NCBI GenBank assembly: GCA_009779675.1
Contig: WRDS01000002.1
Coordinates: forward strand, 1 to 52,592
Direction of reading: 5' to 3'
DNA length: 52,592 nt
Origin: Coriobacteriia bacterium
Lineage (GTDB): Bacteria > Actinomycetota > Coriobacteriia > Anaerosomatales > PHET01
Positions 16,479-25,854 of this stretch are shown piece by piece. Under the pieces are notes generated by a model. That model was not told the origin of the DNA. It searched no databases and saw only the letters and a list, made by a program, of their open reading frames with translations. The first letter of the stretch is position 1; every line of letters begins with the position of its first letter. The position numbers and the translations under genes were made by a program.

Positions 16479-17795
16479 TTATTCTTCGATCACAGGAGCC
16501 GAGAACTGCGCAAAAACCGTGGCCGTCTCCTGCGAAGCCCGAAGAACCATCTGCGTGCCGTCTTCTGTGTAGTGCTCGGCAAGCACCTGCGCGTGCTCAT
16601 GGGCACGCTGGACGAGATCACCCCGCGTAAAGGGGATCAGGACGGAGATCGTCACCGAATCGCGTGCAGCTTCTTCGGCGATTCGTCCGATCAAGGAGTC
16701 CAGGCCCTCTCCGGTAAGAGCGGAAACCAGCTCAGCTGTCGGGTAGCGCTTGCCCAAAGCCTCGTGCTCCTCGGCGGGGAGCCCATCGGTCTTATTAAAG
16801 ACCACGAGGTTTCTTTTCGCATGTGCGCCGATCTCACCTAGGACTTCGCGGACCGCCTGCATCTGCGACTCCCGCATAGGTGAGGTCGCGTCGGTCACGT
16901 GCAGCAGCAAGTCGGCCTCGTTGACCTCATCAAGTGTTGACCGAAAGGCCTCGACAAGCCCGTGAGGCAGCTTGTTGATGAATCCGACTGTATCGGTGAG
17001 CGTGATGAGCCTGCCTTCAGGAAGCTCAAGGCGTCGCGTGGTTGAGTCCAAGGTGGCGAATAGCATGTCTGCAACAAGGGCATCGGCATCGGTCAAGGCA
17101 TTCAGCAGCGTAGATTTGCCCGCATTCGTGTAGCCGACGAGGGCGATTCTGAACACACCTGAGCGCGCACGCTGCTTTCTCTGCAGATCGCGCTCCCCTG
17201 CCACTGCGACAAGCAGGCGTTTAAGCTCCGCAATGCGTTTCCGTGCAAGTCTGCGGTCTGTCTCAAGCTGAGACTCACCAGCGCCGAACCGAGTACCGCG
17301 GCCACCGCCGAGACGCTCCCGTTCAAGGTGGCCCCACATCCCTCGCAGCCGAGGAAGCACGTACTCCTGCTGTGCCAGCTCGACCTGGAGTTTGCCCTCT
17401 CGGCTGACCGCATGGGTGGCAAATATCTCCAGGATAAGCGCTGTGCGGTCAATGACCCGCGTGTCGGGCAGGAGTTTCTCTACATTGAGCTGTTGGCTCG
17501 GGCTAAGCTCGTCGTCAAAAATGACGAGGTTTGCCCCGGTCTGCTTTACACGATCCGCTACCTCGTTGGCCTTGCCGGATCCGATGAAGGTGCGTGGGTT
17601 CGGCCGATCAAGCCGCTGCGTGAGCATGTCGGCCACCCGGATGTCGGCTGTGCGGGCCAGTCGCTCAAGCTCGGCAAGTGATTCCTCGATCGGCCACGTG
17701 TCGCCTCCTGAGTCGACACCCACAAGAACCGCTATGTCCTGATTATCCGCCTTGTCGCTTGCGGTCTCAGGGTATATGCGTTGGCGTCCTCCCAA
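16479..17795 (-). CDS. hflX: GTPase HflX
   Basis: N-terminal HflX domain, G1 GYTNAGKSTLLNALT, DTVGFI, NKTD. Confidence 0.93.
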   Translation of the reverse strand: MGGRQRIYPETASDKADNQDIAVLVGVDSGGDTWPIEESLAELERLARTADIRVADMLTQRLDRPNPRTFIGSGKANEVADRVKQTGANLVIFDDELSPSQQLNVEKLLPDTRVIDRTALILEIFATHAVSREGKLQVELAQQEYVLPRLRGMWGHLERERLGGGRGTRFGAGESQLETDRRLARKRIAELKRLLVAVAGERDLQRKQRARSGVFRIALVGYTNAGKSTLLNALTDADALVADMLFATLDSTTRRLELPEGRLITLTDTVGFINKLPHGLVEAFRSTLDEVNEADLLLHVTDATSPMRESQMQAVREVLGEIGAHAKRNLVVFNKTDGLPAEEHEALGKRYPTAELVSALTGEGLDSLIGRIAEEAARDSVTISVLIPFTRGDLVQRAHEHAQVLAEHYTEDGTQMVLRASQETATVFAQFSAPVIEE

Positions 17796-17903
17796 TAGGC
17801 TCCCAATCTTTTCTTGCGCTCTACTAGAACAGCACCCTGCCGGAATGCTGCCCTATGCAAAGAGCTGCAGTTATACACGAGCCTGTCTTGCAGGAACTGT
17901 TTC

Positions 17904-19067
17904 TTACAGGAACTGTTCTATGCGTGCGATGGCGGCTTCTAGCCGGTCATCAGGGGTGGTGAGTGAGATGCGGATGTACCCCTCACCACTTGGCCCGTAT
18001 GCCGAACCGGCTGCGACAATGACATTGGCCTTCTCAAGCACCATCTCGGCAAAAGATGCCGATGTGTAGCCGTCAGGAACCTTTGCCCAGACATAGATGG
18101 TCGCTTTTGGCATCATCGGCACCTGTATCCCGATCTTGCCGAGCGCATTCAGCACAAGGTCGCGGCGGCGTTGGTAGAGTGCGTTCAAAGCCGCCAGTTC
18201 GGCCTCTTGTTCGCCGAGGAATGCCTCGATGCCTGCGTCCTGGACCGCAGTAAAGATGCCCGAGTCGATATTGCTTTTCACCGTGCCGAGCGCGTTTATA
18301 GCTTCCGTGTTGCCTGCCGCAAACGCAACGCGCCAGCCGGTCATGTTATACGCCTTTGAGCAGCTGAACAGCTCGATAGCAACATCTTTGGCACCCGGGC
18401 GCTCAAGGAAGCTTGGTGCATGGTAACCATCCATGCCGATCTCGGAGTATGCGTTGTCGTGCACGATCAAAAGATCGTGCTCTTTTGCAAAGGCGATCGC
18501 CCGGTCAAAGTACTCCTCATTAGCGACTGCCGAGGTCGGGTTGTTCGGGTAGCTCAAAAACATCATCTTTGCGCGTGCCAGCACATCCGCTGGAGTGCTC
18601 TCGAAATCCGCAAGGAAGCCGTTCTCCTCGGTCATCGGCATGAAGTAGCTCTCGCCGCCGCACATGATCCCGCCTGTGTGATAAACGGGATAGCCGCAAC
18701 CGGGGACGAGGGTCACATCCCCCGGGTCGACAAATGCGAGGAAGATGTGCGCGATGCCCTCCTTGCTGCCGATGAGCGCTAAAACCTCCGTGTCGGCATC
18801 AACCTCTACGTCAAAGCGACGCTTCATCCATTTCGAGCATGCGTCCCGGTAATGTTTTGCGCCGATATAACTCGGATACTGATGGTTTTTAGGGTCGGCG
18901 ACTGCGCTCTGGGCAACGCTGACAATCCGCTCGGGAGTCGGCTGGTCAGGATCGCCGATGCCCAACGAGATAACGTCGATGCCCTGAGCGACTTTTATCG
19001 CTTTCTTTCGGTCGATTTCTGCAAATAGGTATGGTGGCAGGTTGGCGATGCGCTGTGCGGTCCGCAA
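17904..19067 (-). CDS. dapL: LL-diaminopimelate aminotransferase-type class I aminotransferase
   Basis: NLPPYLFAEIDRKK N-terminus, YPNNPTSAV, PLP-lysine motif SCSKAYNMTGWR. Adjacent to dapF. TTG start after GGAGAGGA. Confidence 0.75.
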   Translation of the reverse strand: MRTAQRIANLPPYLFAEIDRKKAIKVAQGIDVISLGIGDPDQPTPERIVSVAQSAVADPKNHQYPSYIGAKHYRDACSKWMKRRFDVEVDADTEVLALIGSKEGIAHIFLAFVDPGDVTLVPGCGYPVYHTGGIMCGGESYFMPMTEENGFLADFESTPADVLARAKMMFLSYPNNPTSAVANEEYFDRAIAFAKEHDLLIVHDNAYSEIGMDGYHAPSFLERPGAKDVAIELFSCSKAYNMTGWRVAFAAGNTEAINALGTVKSNIDSGIFTAVQDAGIEAFLGEQEAELAALNALYQRRRDLVLNALGKIGIQVPMMPKATIYVWAKVPDGYTSASFAEMVLEKANVIVAAGSAYGPSGEGYIRISLTTPDDRLEAAIARIEQFL

Positions 19068-19268
19068 GGTGTCCTCTCCCCTAACATCAATAGACTGCAG
19101 CCGACAACACGTCAGTAAGCCCCTTCAGTCGTCCTGGCCTACCAGGAGGCTGATGAGACGCGCAAAACGTGTTTTGGATATGGTAACACTGTAGGCTTGG
19201 TAACACTGTAGGCTTGCTGATTTGTTGCCAAAACCGCTTTGTGTCGCCTTGAAATCATTGTTCCCGCT

Positions 19269-20243
19269 TTAGCCGATCTCAAGCGATCCCTTAAAGACCT
19301 CGGTTGCCGAGCCGGTCATGAACACCCGTCCCAAGCCCTGACCAGGATCCCGTCCCAACGCCTGACCCTGCGCAACAAATCTCTGACCAGGATCATTATT
19401 AGAGCCGAGAGCGTAACCGGAGTCATCACAACCTCCGTTCTCGGCTATGTGGATCACAAGGCCCCCTCCTGGTAGCTGAATGGCGCTTTGACGCTTAAGC
19501 CTGCCTGAGAGCACTCCCGCGACGGCCGTCGCACACGCCCCGGTGCCGCATGCAAGCGTCTCCCCCACTCCGCGTTCCCAAACCCGGAGCAGCACTTCGG
19601 TATCGGAGACGAGCTGGGCAAACTCGACATTCGTCTTCTGAGGGAATGCAGGATGGTTCTCGATCAGCGGCCCGATGGTCTCCACCGCGCAGTCGTATGC
19701 GTCGTCAACCCAAAGCACACAGTGTGGATTGCCCATGGAGACGGCACTCACACGGTAGATGCCCTCGCCAGTCACAAGCGGACGGTCAAGCACCGCCTGT
19801 GCACCGCCGCCCGCACTGAGCGCGGTGGAGATATCTGCCGAGGCGAGCACCGGCATACCCATATCGACCGTGACTTCCAAGACTCGGCCTGTCTTTGGGT
19901 CGCGGATGACCTCCATCGTCTTGACCCCGACAGCGGTTTCCACAGCAACCGAGTTGCGCTCGGCATCGATAAGCCCGTGATCCGCCAGGTACTTCGCGAA
20001 GCAGCGGATCCCATTACCGCACATCTCGGCAACCGAACCATCCGCATTCCTGAACCACCAGGCGTAATCCGCTTCGGGAGCCGAGGTGTTGCGTACGAGC
20101 ATGAGGCCGTCGGCACCGATGCCGAAGTTGCGGTCGCATACCCACGCGACCGCCTCAGGAGCGAAGTCGAGTTCGCCTGCGCGATCATCGATGAGCACGA
20201 AATCGTTTCCCAGGCCATGCATCTTCACGAACTCCACGTTCAT
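19269..20243 (-). CDS. dapF: Diaminopimelate epimerase with a C-terminal insertion
   Basis: KMHGLGNDFVLID, MCGNGIRC, SMGNPHCV, ACGTGACA. About 30 extra residues sit before the terminal VFMTGSATEVFKG. Confidence 0.92.
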   Translation of the reverse strand: MNVEFVKMHGLGNDFVLIDDRAGELDFAPEAVAWVCDRNFGIGADGLMLVRNTSAPEADYAWWFRNADGSVAEMCGNGIRCFAKYLADHGLIDAERNSVAVETAVGVKTMEVIRDPKTGRVLEVTVDMGMPVLASADISTALSAGGGAQAVLDRPLVTGEGIYRVSAVSMGNPHCVLWVDDAYDCAVETIGPLIENHPAFPQKTNVEFAQLVSDTEVLLRVWERGVGETLACGTGACATAVAGVLSGRLKRQSAIQLPGGGLVIHIAENGGCDDSGYALGSNNDPGQRFVAQGQALGRDPGQGLGRVFMTGSATEVFKGSLEIG

Positions 20244-20273
20244 GCGCGAGATCCTCTCATGCGAGATCTGGTC

Positions 20274-21469
20274 TCAGTTAGACAAAAGCTCATCTAGTTC
20301 GTCCACGATATTATTCTTAAGCACGTTCGATTCACCATAGATCTGGATGTCTGGCCTCGCGCCTGCATACACATCTGGCAGGTAGCCGACCCAGTAAAGC
20401 GAAAGGGCATCAGGCGCGGTGAGCACGAGTATGCCCCCCGCTCGCCTGTTGCTACACCACCAGTGAGTGCGTCCGGGAAGTTTTGGCCGGTGGCGATGCC
20501 AATTGAGTTTTTGGCTACAAGCGAGTTTCCAAAAGCATACTCGGCGATCTTTTGTGCGGTCTCATAGCGGTCTTGTCCTTGAACGCGTCTTACTGTCGGG
20601 TGCGTGTCAAGACCCCGTATGGCACTCTCAACACAATGGGAGACTGCAGCAGAAGAGCCGAGTATAGTCACATCGGTGATCCTAATGTATTCGATGATAT
20701 CTTCTGTGGGCTCGGAAAGGGCAGTGGGATGCGTAAGCAGCACAGGGATCTTGTTTTTGTAGGCAATCGGGGACACGGAAAGACCATCTGCGAAGTTGTC
20801 TCCTCTGGCAAGAAAAGCCCTTTGCTCAAAACTTACGCCGTTAAGCTCTGCAACTACATAAGCGATCATGGTGCTTGTTTCATAACGATCATCTCCGCCA
20901 ACGCGAAAGACATCATGACCAGCATTTAAAAGCGTATTTTCAACGGTCTTTGAGACTGCTGCCTCTGAGCCCATGATCCAAACATCTTTTGCACCAAGAC
21001 GTTTGATCTCTTCGAGCACGCCGGGACTCAATCTGCTCTGATGAGTGAGGCAGCAGCGGTACCTCAAGTGTACTGGCAAGGGCAGAGGCTGAAGGGGCAT
21101 CCCCCCTGCAGCAATTGCTTCCCAGTCGTTATCAGCCCCAACGCGAGTAAGGATGCGCCTGCGTGTGGCCGTACCGTCGCCGAGCTGACCGCTGTCGTTG
21201 CTCCCCCATGCCCAGAGTAAGCCATTGCCCTTGATGGCAAGAGAGTGCTGATCTCCTGCACTAACGGTCTTCCACCCCACTGTTTCCGCAGACAGAAAAG
21301 TAGTCTGAGGCATCGCAGTGGCCAGAGTGTGCACCGCTGCAGCGTTCTCAGTGAATGTGGCTCCCGATAAAACGCCAGAAACAAGTGCCAAACAAAGCAG
21401 TGCCGAGAAACACGTCTTCCGTCTTGCTCCCGGTGCCTTTTTTAGAATTTGATTCACTTGCTTCTCCAT
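20274..21469 (-). pseudogene. Decayed CWB2 surface protein paralog (signal peptide, RCC1-like repeat, truncated CWB2 region)
   Basis: [35 protein letters not shown] is followed by a junction straight into CWB2 sequence. The stretch [18 protein letters not shown] reads [17 protein letters not shown] in another frame. The C-terminus [11 protein letters not shown] should read [15 protein letters not shown]...[24 protein letters not shown], which is restored by adding one C to the C6 run at 20434-20439 and ends at 20274. Confidence 0.7.
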
Positions 21470-21705
21470 TTTAGGTTTTGCGTACTAGACGTATACAGAT
21501 CGAATGCAGACGGTACAAGCAGTGATCTTTCCGTTGCAGCATTTCTTAGAAGAGTATCAGTTTTCGAAAGGAGTCACCGAGGGGATTTTTCTGGTAACAA
21601 TTGGCATCCGGGGGTTGCCGGTCATTTACTGGTTGCTTTTAGCAGAAAGATCTTTCGGCCCAGTCGGCGTTAAGAGGTGCGAACACCTATCTGCAACCAT
21701 CCGGC

Positions 21706-22737
21706 CTATGCCAGGAGCGCCAGCACATCATCGGCTACCTGCGTCGCCGGCCTGTCGGCGACATCGATCCATCGGATGCGTGGATCCGCACGGAACCACG
21801 TCAGTTGCCGCTTCGCGTAGCGCCTCGTAGAGCGCTTGATCGACGCGATCGCATCAGAAAGCGCGACCGTGCCCTCCACCACGGGGACGAGTTCCTTGTA
21901 GCCGATGGCCTGCTGGGCGGTGAGGGCATCGGTGAACCCGGAGGCCATCAGCTGTTCGACCTCGGCGAGCAACCCCTCGGCGATCATTAGGTCGACGCGT
22001 GCATCAATGCGCTCGTAGAGCCTCGTCCGCTCGGCGTTAAGCCCGATGATCACCGCATCGTAGATGCTCTCACGCACGTCAAACCCAGACGCTTGCTCCG
22101 CATAGGACACACCGGCATCCAGCATCTCGAGCGCACGCACCACGCGCCTGATGTTGTTGGGATGGATCGCATCCGCCGAGGCAGCATCTCGCTGCTGCAG
22201 CCGCCGCCAAAGCGCCTCGCCACCCTCTTGCTCGGCAATATCCTCGTAGCGTTTCCGAGCAGGGCCCATCACGTCCTTCCCTGCGGGAAAGCGCATGTCG
22301 TCTAGGGCGGCCCGCACGTAAAGCCCGGTTCCCCCCGTAAGCACCGGAACGCTGCCTCGGGTGGTGATGCGGGCGATGGCGGTGCGAGCGGCCTGTTGGT
22401 AGAGCGCTGCCGAGAAGGGCTCACCAGGATCGACGAGGTCGATGCAGTGATGTGGCACACGCCGTGTGGCGGGACCCGGCTTAGCGGTGCCGATGTCCAT
22501 CTGTCGGTAGACCTGCATGGAGTCGGCGGACACCACCTCGCTGCGCAGGCGGGCGGCAACCTCCATAGCGACCGCGCTCTTGCCGACCGCCGTGGGGCCG
22601 ACGATTGCGAGTACGCGGGTGCTGCGGCATGAAGGGGGTTTCTCAAGGAGACCCAGGGGGGCAGCCAACGATGCGTCAGGGGGCACTACGCCCGTCGCAG
22701 CTGCACTGCTCACGTTATGCGGGCTGTCAGATGCCAT
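21706..22737 (-). CDS. miaA: tRNA dimethylallyltransferase
   Basis: P-loop GPTAVGKSAVAMEVA, DSMQVYRQMDIGTAKP, IGYKE. The start may lie downstream of 22737, since the N-terminal 40 aa are not conserved-looking. Confidence 0.9.
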   Translation of the reverse strand: MASDSPHNVSSAAATGVVPPDASLAAPLGLLEKPPSCRSTRVLAIVGPTAVGKSAVAMEVAARLRSEVVSADSMQVYRQMDIGTAKPGPATRRVPHHCIDLVDPGEPFSAALYQQAARTAIARITTRGSVPVLTGGTGLYVRAALDDMRFPAGKDVMGPARKRYEDIAEQEGGEALWRRLQQRDAASADAIHPNNIRRVVRALEMLDAGVSYAEQASGFDVRESIYDAVIIGLNAERTRLYERIDARVDLMIAEGLLAEVEQLMASGFTDALTAQQAIGYKELVPVVEGTVALSDAIASIKRSTRRYAKRQLTWFRADPRIRWIDVADRPATQVADDVLALLA

Positions 22738-24170
22738 GTGCGGGCACTTTCTATTCTCACCTGGAGCATCTTGCCAGCATAATCGGCGGCACAGCTGCCC
22801 TCAGGCACAGGGATGTGCACCACCTGGTTCGTGGGGATGCGTCCGGAGAGCATGTGCGGATCGCGCTTGCTCGCACCCTCAACCAAGATCTCACACGCCG
22901 ACCCGATCAGGCGCTCGTTAAACGCCAACGCCGAGGACTGCACAAGCTCCACAAGCCGCTCAAGCCGCTCCTGTGACACGTCGTGCGGGACCTGGCCGTC
23001 CATGGATGCCGCTGGCGTGCCCTCCCTTGCCGAGTAAATGAAGGTGAACGCCTGCGCATACCCGACACGCTCGACAACATCAAGCGTATCCGCAAAATCA
23101 GCCTCCGTCTCACCTGGGAAACCGACGATGATGTCGGTCGAGAGCGCGATACCAGGGACATGCGAGAACAGCTTCTCGGTGAGCACAAGGTACTCCTCGC
23201 GCCTATATCGCCGGTTCATGCGGGCAAGCACCGCATTGGATCCTGACTGGATCGGCAGGTGCAGGTAGGGCATGACGCACGGCTCCTCGGCAATTGCCGC
23301 TATGGTCTCATCAGAGAGGTCCTTGGGATGGCTTGTGGTAAAGCGGATGCGCTCAATACCGGTGTGCGCGACGGAGCGCAACAGGTGCGCGAAACGAGGG
23401 GCCCCATAAAGGTCACGCCCGTACGAGTTGACGTTCTGGCCGAGGAGCGTGATCTCGCGGACTCCCTCGGCGACGAGTCGGACGGCCTCTGCGACGATCT
23501 CTTCAAGCGGCCGGGACCTCTCTGCCCCGCGGACGCGTGGGACGATGCAGTAGGTGCAGTGGTTATTGCATCCGATGGTGATGGGGACCCACGCGTGCCA
23601 CGCGTGCTCGCGCACCGATGGCAGGTCGGTGGCAAACGAGGCATCTGCGTTCTCGCCGAGGACCTCGATCTGGGCGGCACGCGCCGCATGGGCGGCTTCG
23701 AGCAGCGCAGGAAGGCTTGCGATGTTGTGGGTGCCAAACACCACATCGACATGGGGAAGACGTTTAATGAGGTCTGCCCCATCGCGCTGGCCGATGCAGC
23801 CGCCAACCGCGATGAGCGGGCCAGCGTCACTACGCGGGCCGATGCCACCGTGTGGGCCGATGTCACCACGCGGGCCGATGTCACCACGCGGGCCGATACT
23901 GCTCGGTTTGCTGTGCTGCAATCCCTGATGCGACCGCGCACTGCGCGATCCGGCACGGCGGGATCCCTTGAGGGCTTTCAGGCTGGCGACCTGTCCGCGC
24001 AGCCTCTCCTCGGCATTCTCGCGCACACAGCACGTCATGAAAACGACGACATCCGCTTGCGGAGGTTCGGCAACCGCGGCAAGGCCAATGCCTTCGAGCA
24101 GGCCGGCTACCCGCTCTGCGTCATGTTTGTTCATCTGGCACCCAAAAGTGCGAATCAAGTAGGTTTGCAT
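22710..24170 (-). CDS. miaB: tRNA-2-methylthio-N6-dimethylallyladenosine synthase with a repeat insertion
   Basis: MQTYLIRTFGCQMN, radical-SAM CNNHCTYC, TRAM C-terminus. The ORF is open to GTG 24215. Confidence 0.92.
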   Translation of the reverse strand: MQTYLIRTFGCQMNKHDAERVAGLLEGIGLAAVAEPPQADVVVFMTCCVRENAEERLRGQVASLKALKGSRRAGSRSARSHQGLQHSKPSSIGPRGDIGPRGDIGPHGGIGPRSDAGPLIAVGGCIGQRDGADLIKRLPHVDVVFGTHNIASLPALLEAAHAARAAQIEVLGENADASFATDLPSVREHAWHAWVPITIGCNNHCTYCIVPRVRGAERSRPLEEIVAEAVRLVAEGVREITLLGQNVNSYGRDLYGAPRFAHLLRSVAHTGIERIRFTTSHPKDLSDETIAAIAEEPCVMPYLHLPIQSGSNAVLARMNRRYRREEYLVLTEKLFSHVPGIALSTDIIVGFPGETEADFADTLDVVERVGYAQAFTFIYSAREGTPAASMDGQVPHDVSQERLERLVELVQSSALAFNERLIGSACEILVEGASKRDPHMLSGRIPTNQVVHIPVPEGSCAADYAGKMLQVRIESARTWHLTARIT

Positions 24171-24234
24171 CGTGTTGTCCGAAGCGAGCTGGTGAAAGCA
24201 ATTGGATGAGCGCACGCGTCACCCGCCATCGGTG

Positions 24235-24507
24235 CTATCTGTGCATATCCCTGGGCTCCACCAACAAACGGATTGCCGTGCGCTCCTCGCCGTTTATGAC
24301 GATGTCAGCAAATGCCGGGGTGCAGATAAGCTCGATGCCGGAGGGCGCGATGAACCCACGTGCGATCGCGATCGCTTTGATGGCTTGATTGATGGCACCG
24401 GCACCGACCGTCTGGATCTCGACGGCACCTTGCTCCCGCACAATCCCTGCCAATGCTCCTGCAACCGAGTTAGGGTTAGATTTGCTCGAGACTTTAAGGA
24501 CTTCCAA
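24235..24507 (-). CDS. spoVS: SpoVS family protein
   Basis: (M)EVLKVSSKSNPNSVAGALAGIVREQGAVEIQTVGAGAINQAIKAIAIARGFIAPSGIELICTPAF. TTG 24507 is preceded by AGGGAG. The ORF is open to 24528. Confidence 0.9.
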   Translation of the reverse strand: MEVLKVSSKSNPNSVAGALAGIVREQGAVEIQTVGAGAINQAIKAIAIARGFIAPSGIELICTPAFADIVINGEERTAIRLLVEPRDMHR

Positions 24508-24654
24508 TATCACTCCCTGCTGCAACAACTACTGCGTTTTAGCTGCACAAGCCGTGGCTGCTGACTGCTGTATTGCTTGCGGCGTTTGACTTCCAGTCGT
24601 GTTAACGCACGCTAGCCGACCTAGTATACGCGCTAACATACGTGCTAACCAGTG

Positions 24655-25800
24655 CTAGTCCTCTTTGTCGATCTCGAACCTAACACGGATCTCGTCTGAG
24701 CCTACTGATATTTTCGGTTCGGATTTAAGATGTATATAGTACTTTTCTGCCAACCTATAGAATGCTTCTTCGGCCTCGCGCTGAAAAACAGACAGATCGT
24801 GCGGGTCTATCCTAAGCCCGCGGCGGTCGCGGTAGAGGTCAGGGGCACCATCAGCTGCTCCTGACGGCTGATGTCTCGACACTCGGCCAAGCACCGTGTG
24901 CAAAGGCGTTACCTCCCCGATCAGGATACGGTGCGAGGTCCGCTCTGAGACCGGCAGCCCAAGATGCTCAGCGGTTTTTGTAAGCTCTGCGGCATCAGAT
25001 GCTGCCCCCGGTCGTTGCCATATGCTAAGCCGATCCAGATCATCCCCGAAAAGCAGGTCGGACTCGTTGAGCTCAAAACGGGCGAGCATGACAAGCGTTG
25101 CAAGCACCTCAGCAGGACTGCCAAGGTAAAGGTCGATCCCCGGGTACTCCACGGCAAACTCGACCGCACGGCGGATGATGTTGTGTGGGCCTTTGGCCAC
25201 GTGCAGCATGCCGCCCTCCTTGCGCTCAACCTTTGGCCATGTGGACTGGTCAGTCCGCTCGGCTAGCGCAGAAGGATCCGTCGTGATGGCAAGGATCGAC
25301 CCTTTGTGCGGGGTGGACAACACGACGCGGGCGTTCTCAGAATTGCTTCGTGTGGAGAAAAGAGCCATTCCGCGGCCATGGATGCCCCACGGGTCAACAA
25401 CCATTGTGTCGAGCTTGGACGTGACCCGTGGCTCGAAGATGAGTTCTTGCATCTCGGGGGGGATGCCGACCCCGTCATCAACCACCGTGACCGTACGCTG
25501 CTTCTCCCCATCTGCCTTCTCGCCGGTCGATGTGGCGATGAAAATGCGTTGGGCATGCGCATCGCGGGCGTTGCGCAAAAGCTCGACCACGATATCCTCG
25601 ACGCAGCGGATATCGTGCTTTGCCTGTCTGCGCTCGGCCTCGGCTACTTTGAGCCGGACATACCCACCGCCCAGGCTCTCCTCGACCCTCACAAAGGCAT
25701 CGCCTGACACAGCGCTCACAAAACCCATGAGACCCTCGTCGAGGCCCTCATCGGCAGCCGATGATCGCTTGTCGGCCATCGATGATCGCTTGTCGGCCAT
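24655..25800 (-). CDS. Orphan GHKL (histidine-kinase-like) ATPase domain protein with an uncharacterised C-terminal half
   Basis: N-box VVELLRNARDAHA, G1 VVDDGVGIP, G2 GIHGRGMALFS. No TM segment, HisKA or receiver domain seen. Start uncertain: MADKRSS is duplicated, and a third ATG (MGFVSAV) follows GAGGG. Confidence 0.75.
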   Translation of the reverse strand: MADKRSSMADKRSSAADEGLDEGLMGFVSAVSGDAFVRVEESLGGGYVRLKVAEAERRQAKHDIRCVEDIVVELLRNARDAHAQRIFIATSTGEKADGEKQRTVTVVDDGVGIPPEMQELIFEPRVTSKLDTMVVDPWGIHGRGMALFSTRSNSENARVVLSTPHKGSILAITTDPSALAERTDQSTWPKVERKEGGMLHVAKGPHNIIRRAVEFAVEYPGIDLYLGSPAEVLATLVMLARFELNESDLLFGDDLDRLSIWQRPGAASDAAELTKTAEHLGLPVSERTSHRILIGEVTPLHTVLGRVSRHQPSGAADGAPDLYRDRRGLRIDPHDLSVFQREAEEAFYRLAEKYYIHLKSEPKISVGSDEIRVRFEIDKED

Positions 25801-25854
25801 CAGAAGCGCTTGTATGGGTGAGGCGAAGGCAAGTGGCCAGGGTTGCTCGGACGA

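Noticed and set aside
16428-16481. Three GTTCRRGCTTA direct repeats in the convergent ferredoxin/hflX spacer.
   Set aside because: The repeats are short and degenerate, lie between two gene ends, and the third copy overlaps the hflX stop. This is most likely chance or a terminator-region remnant.
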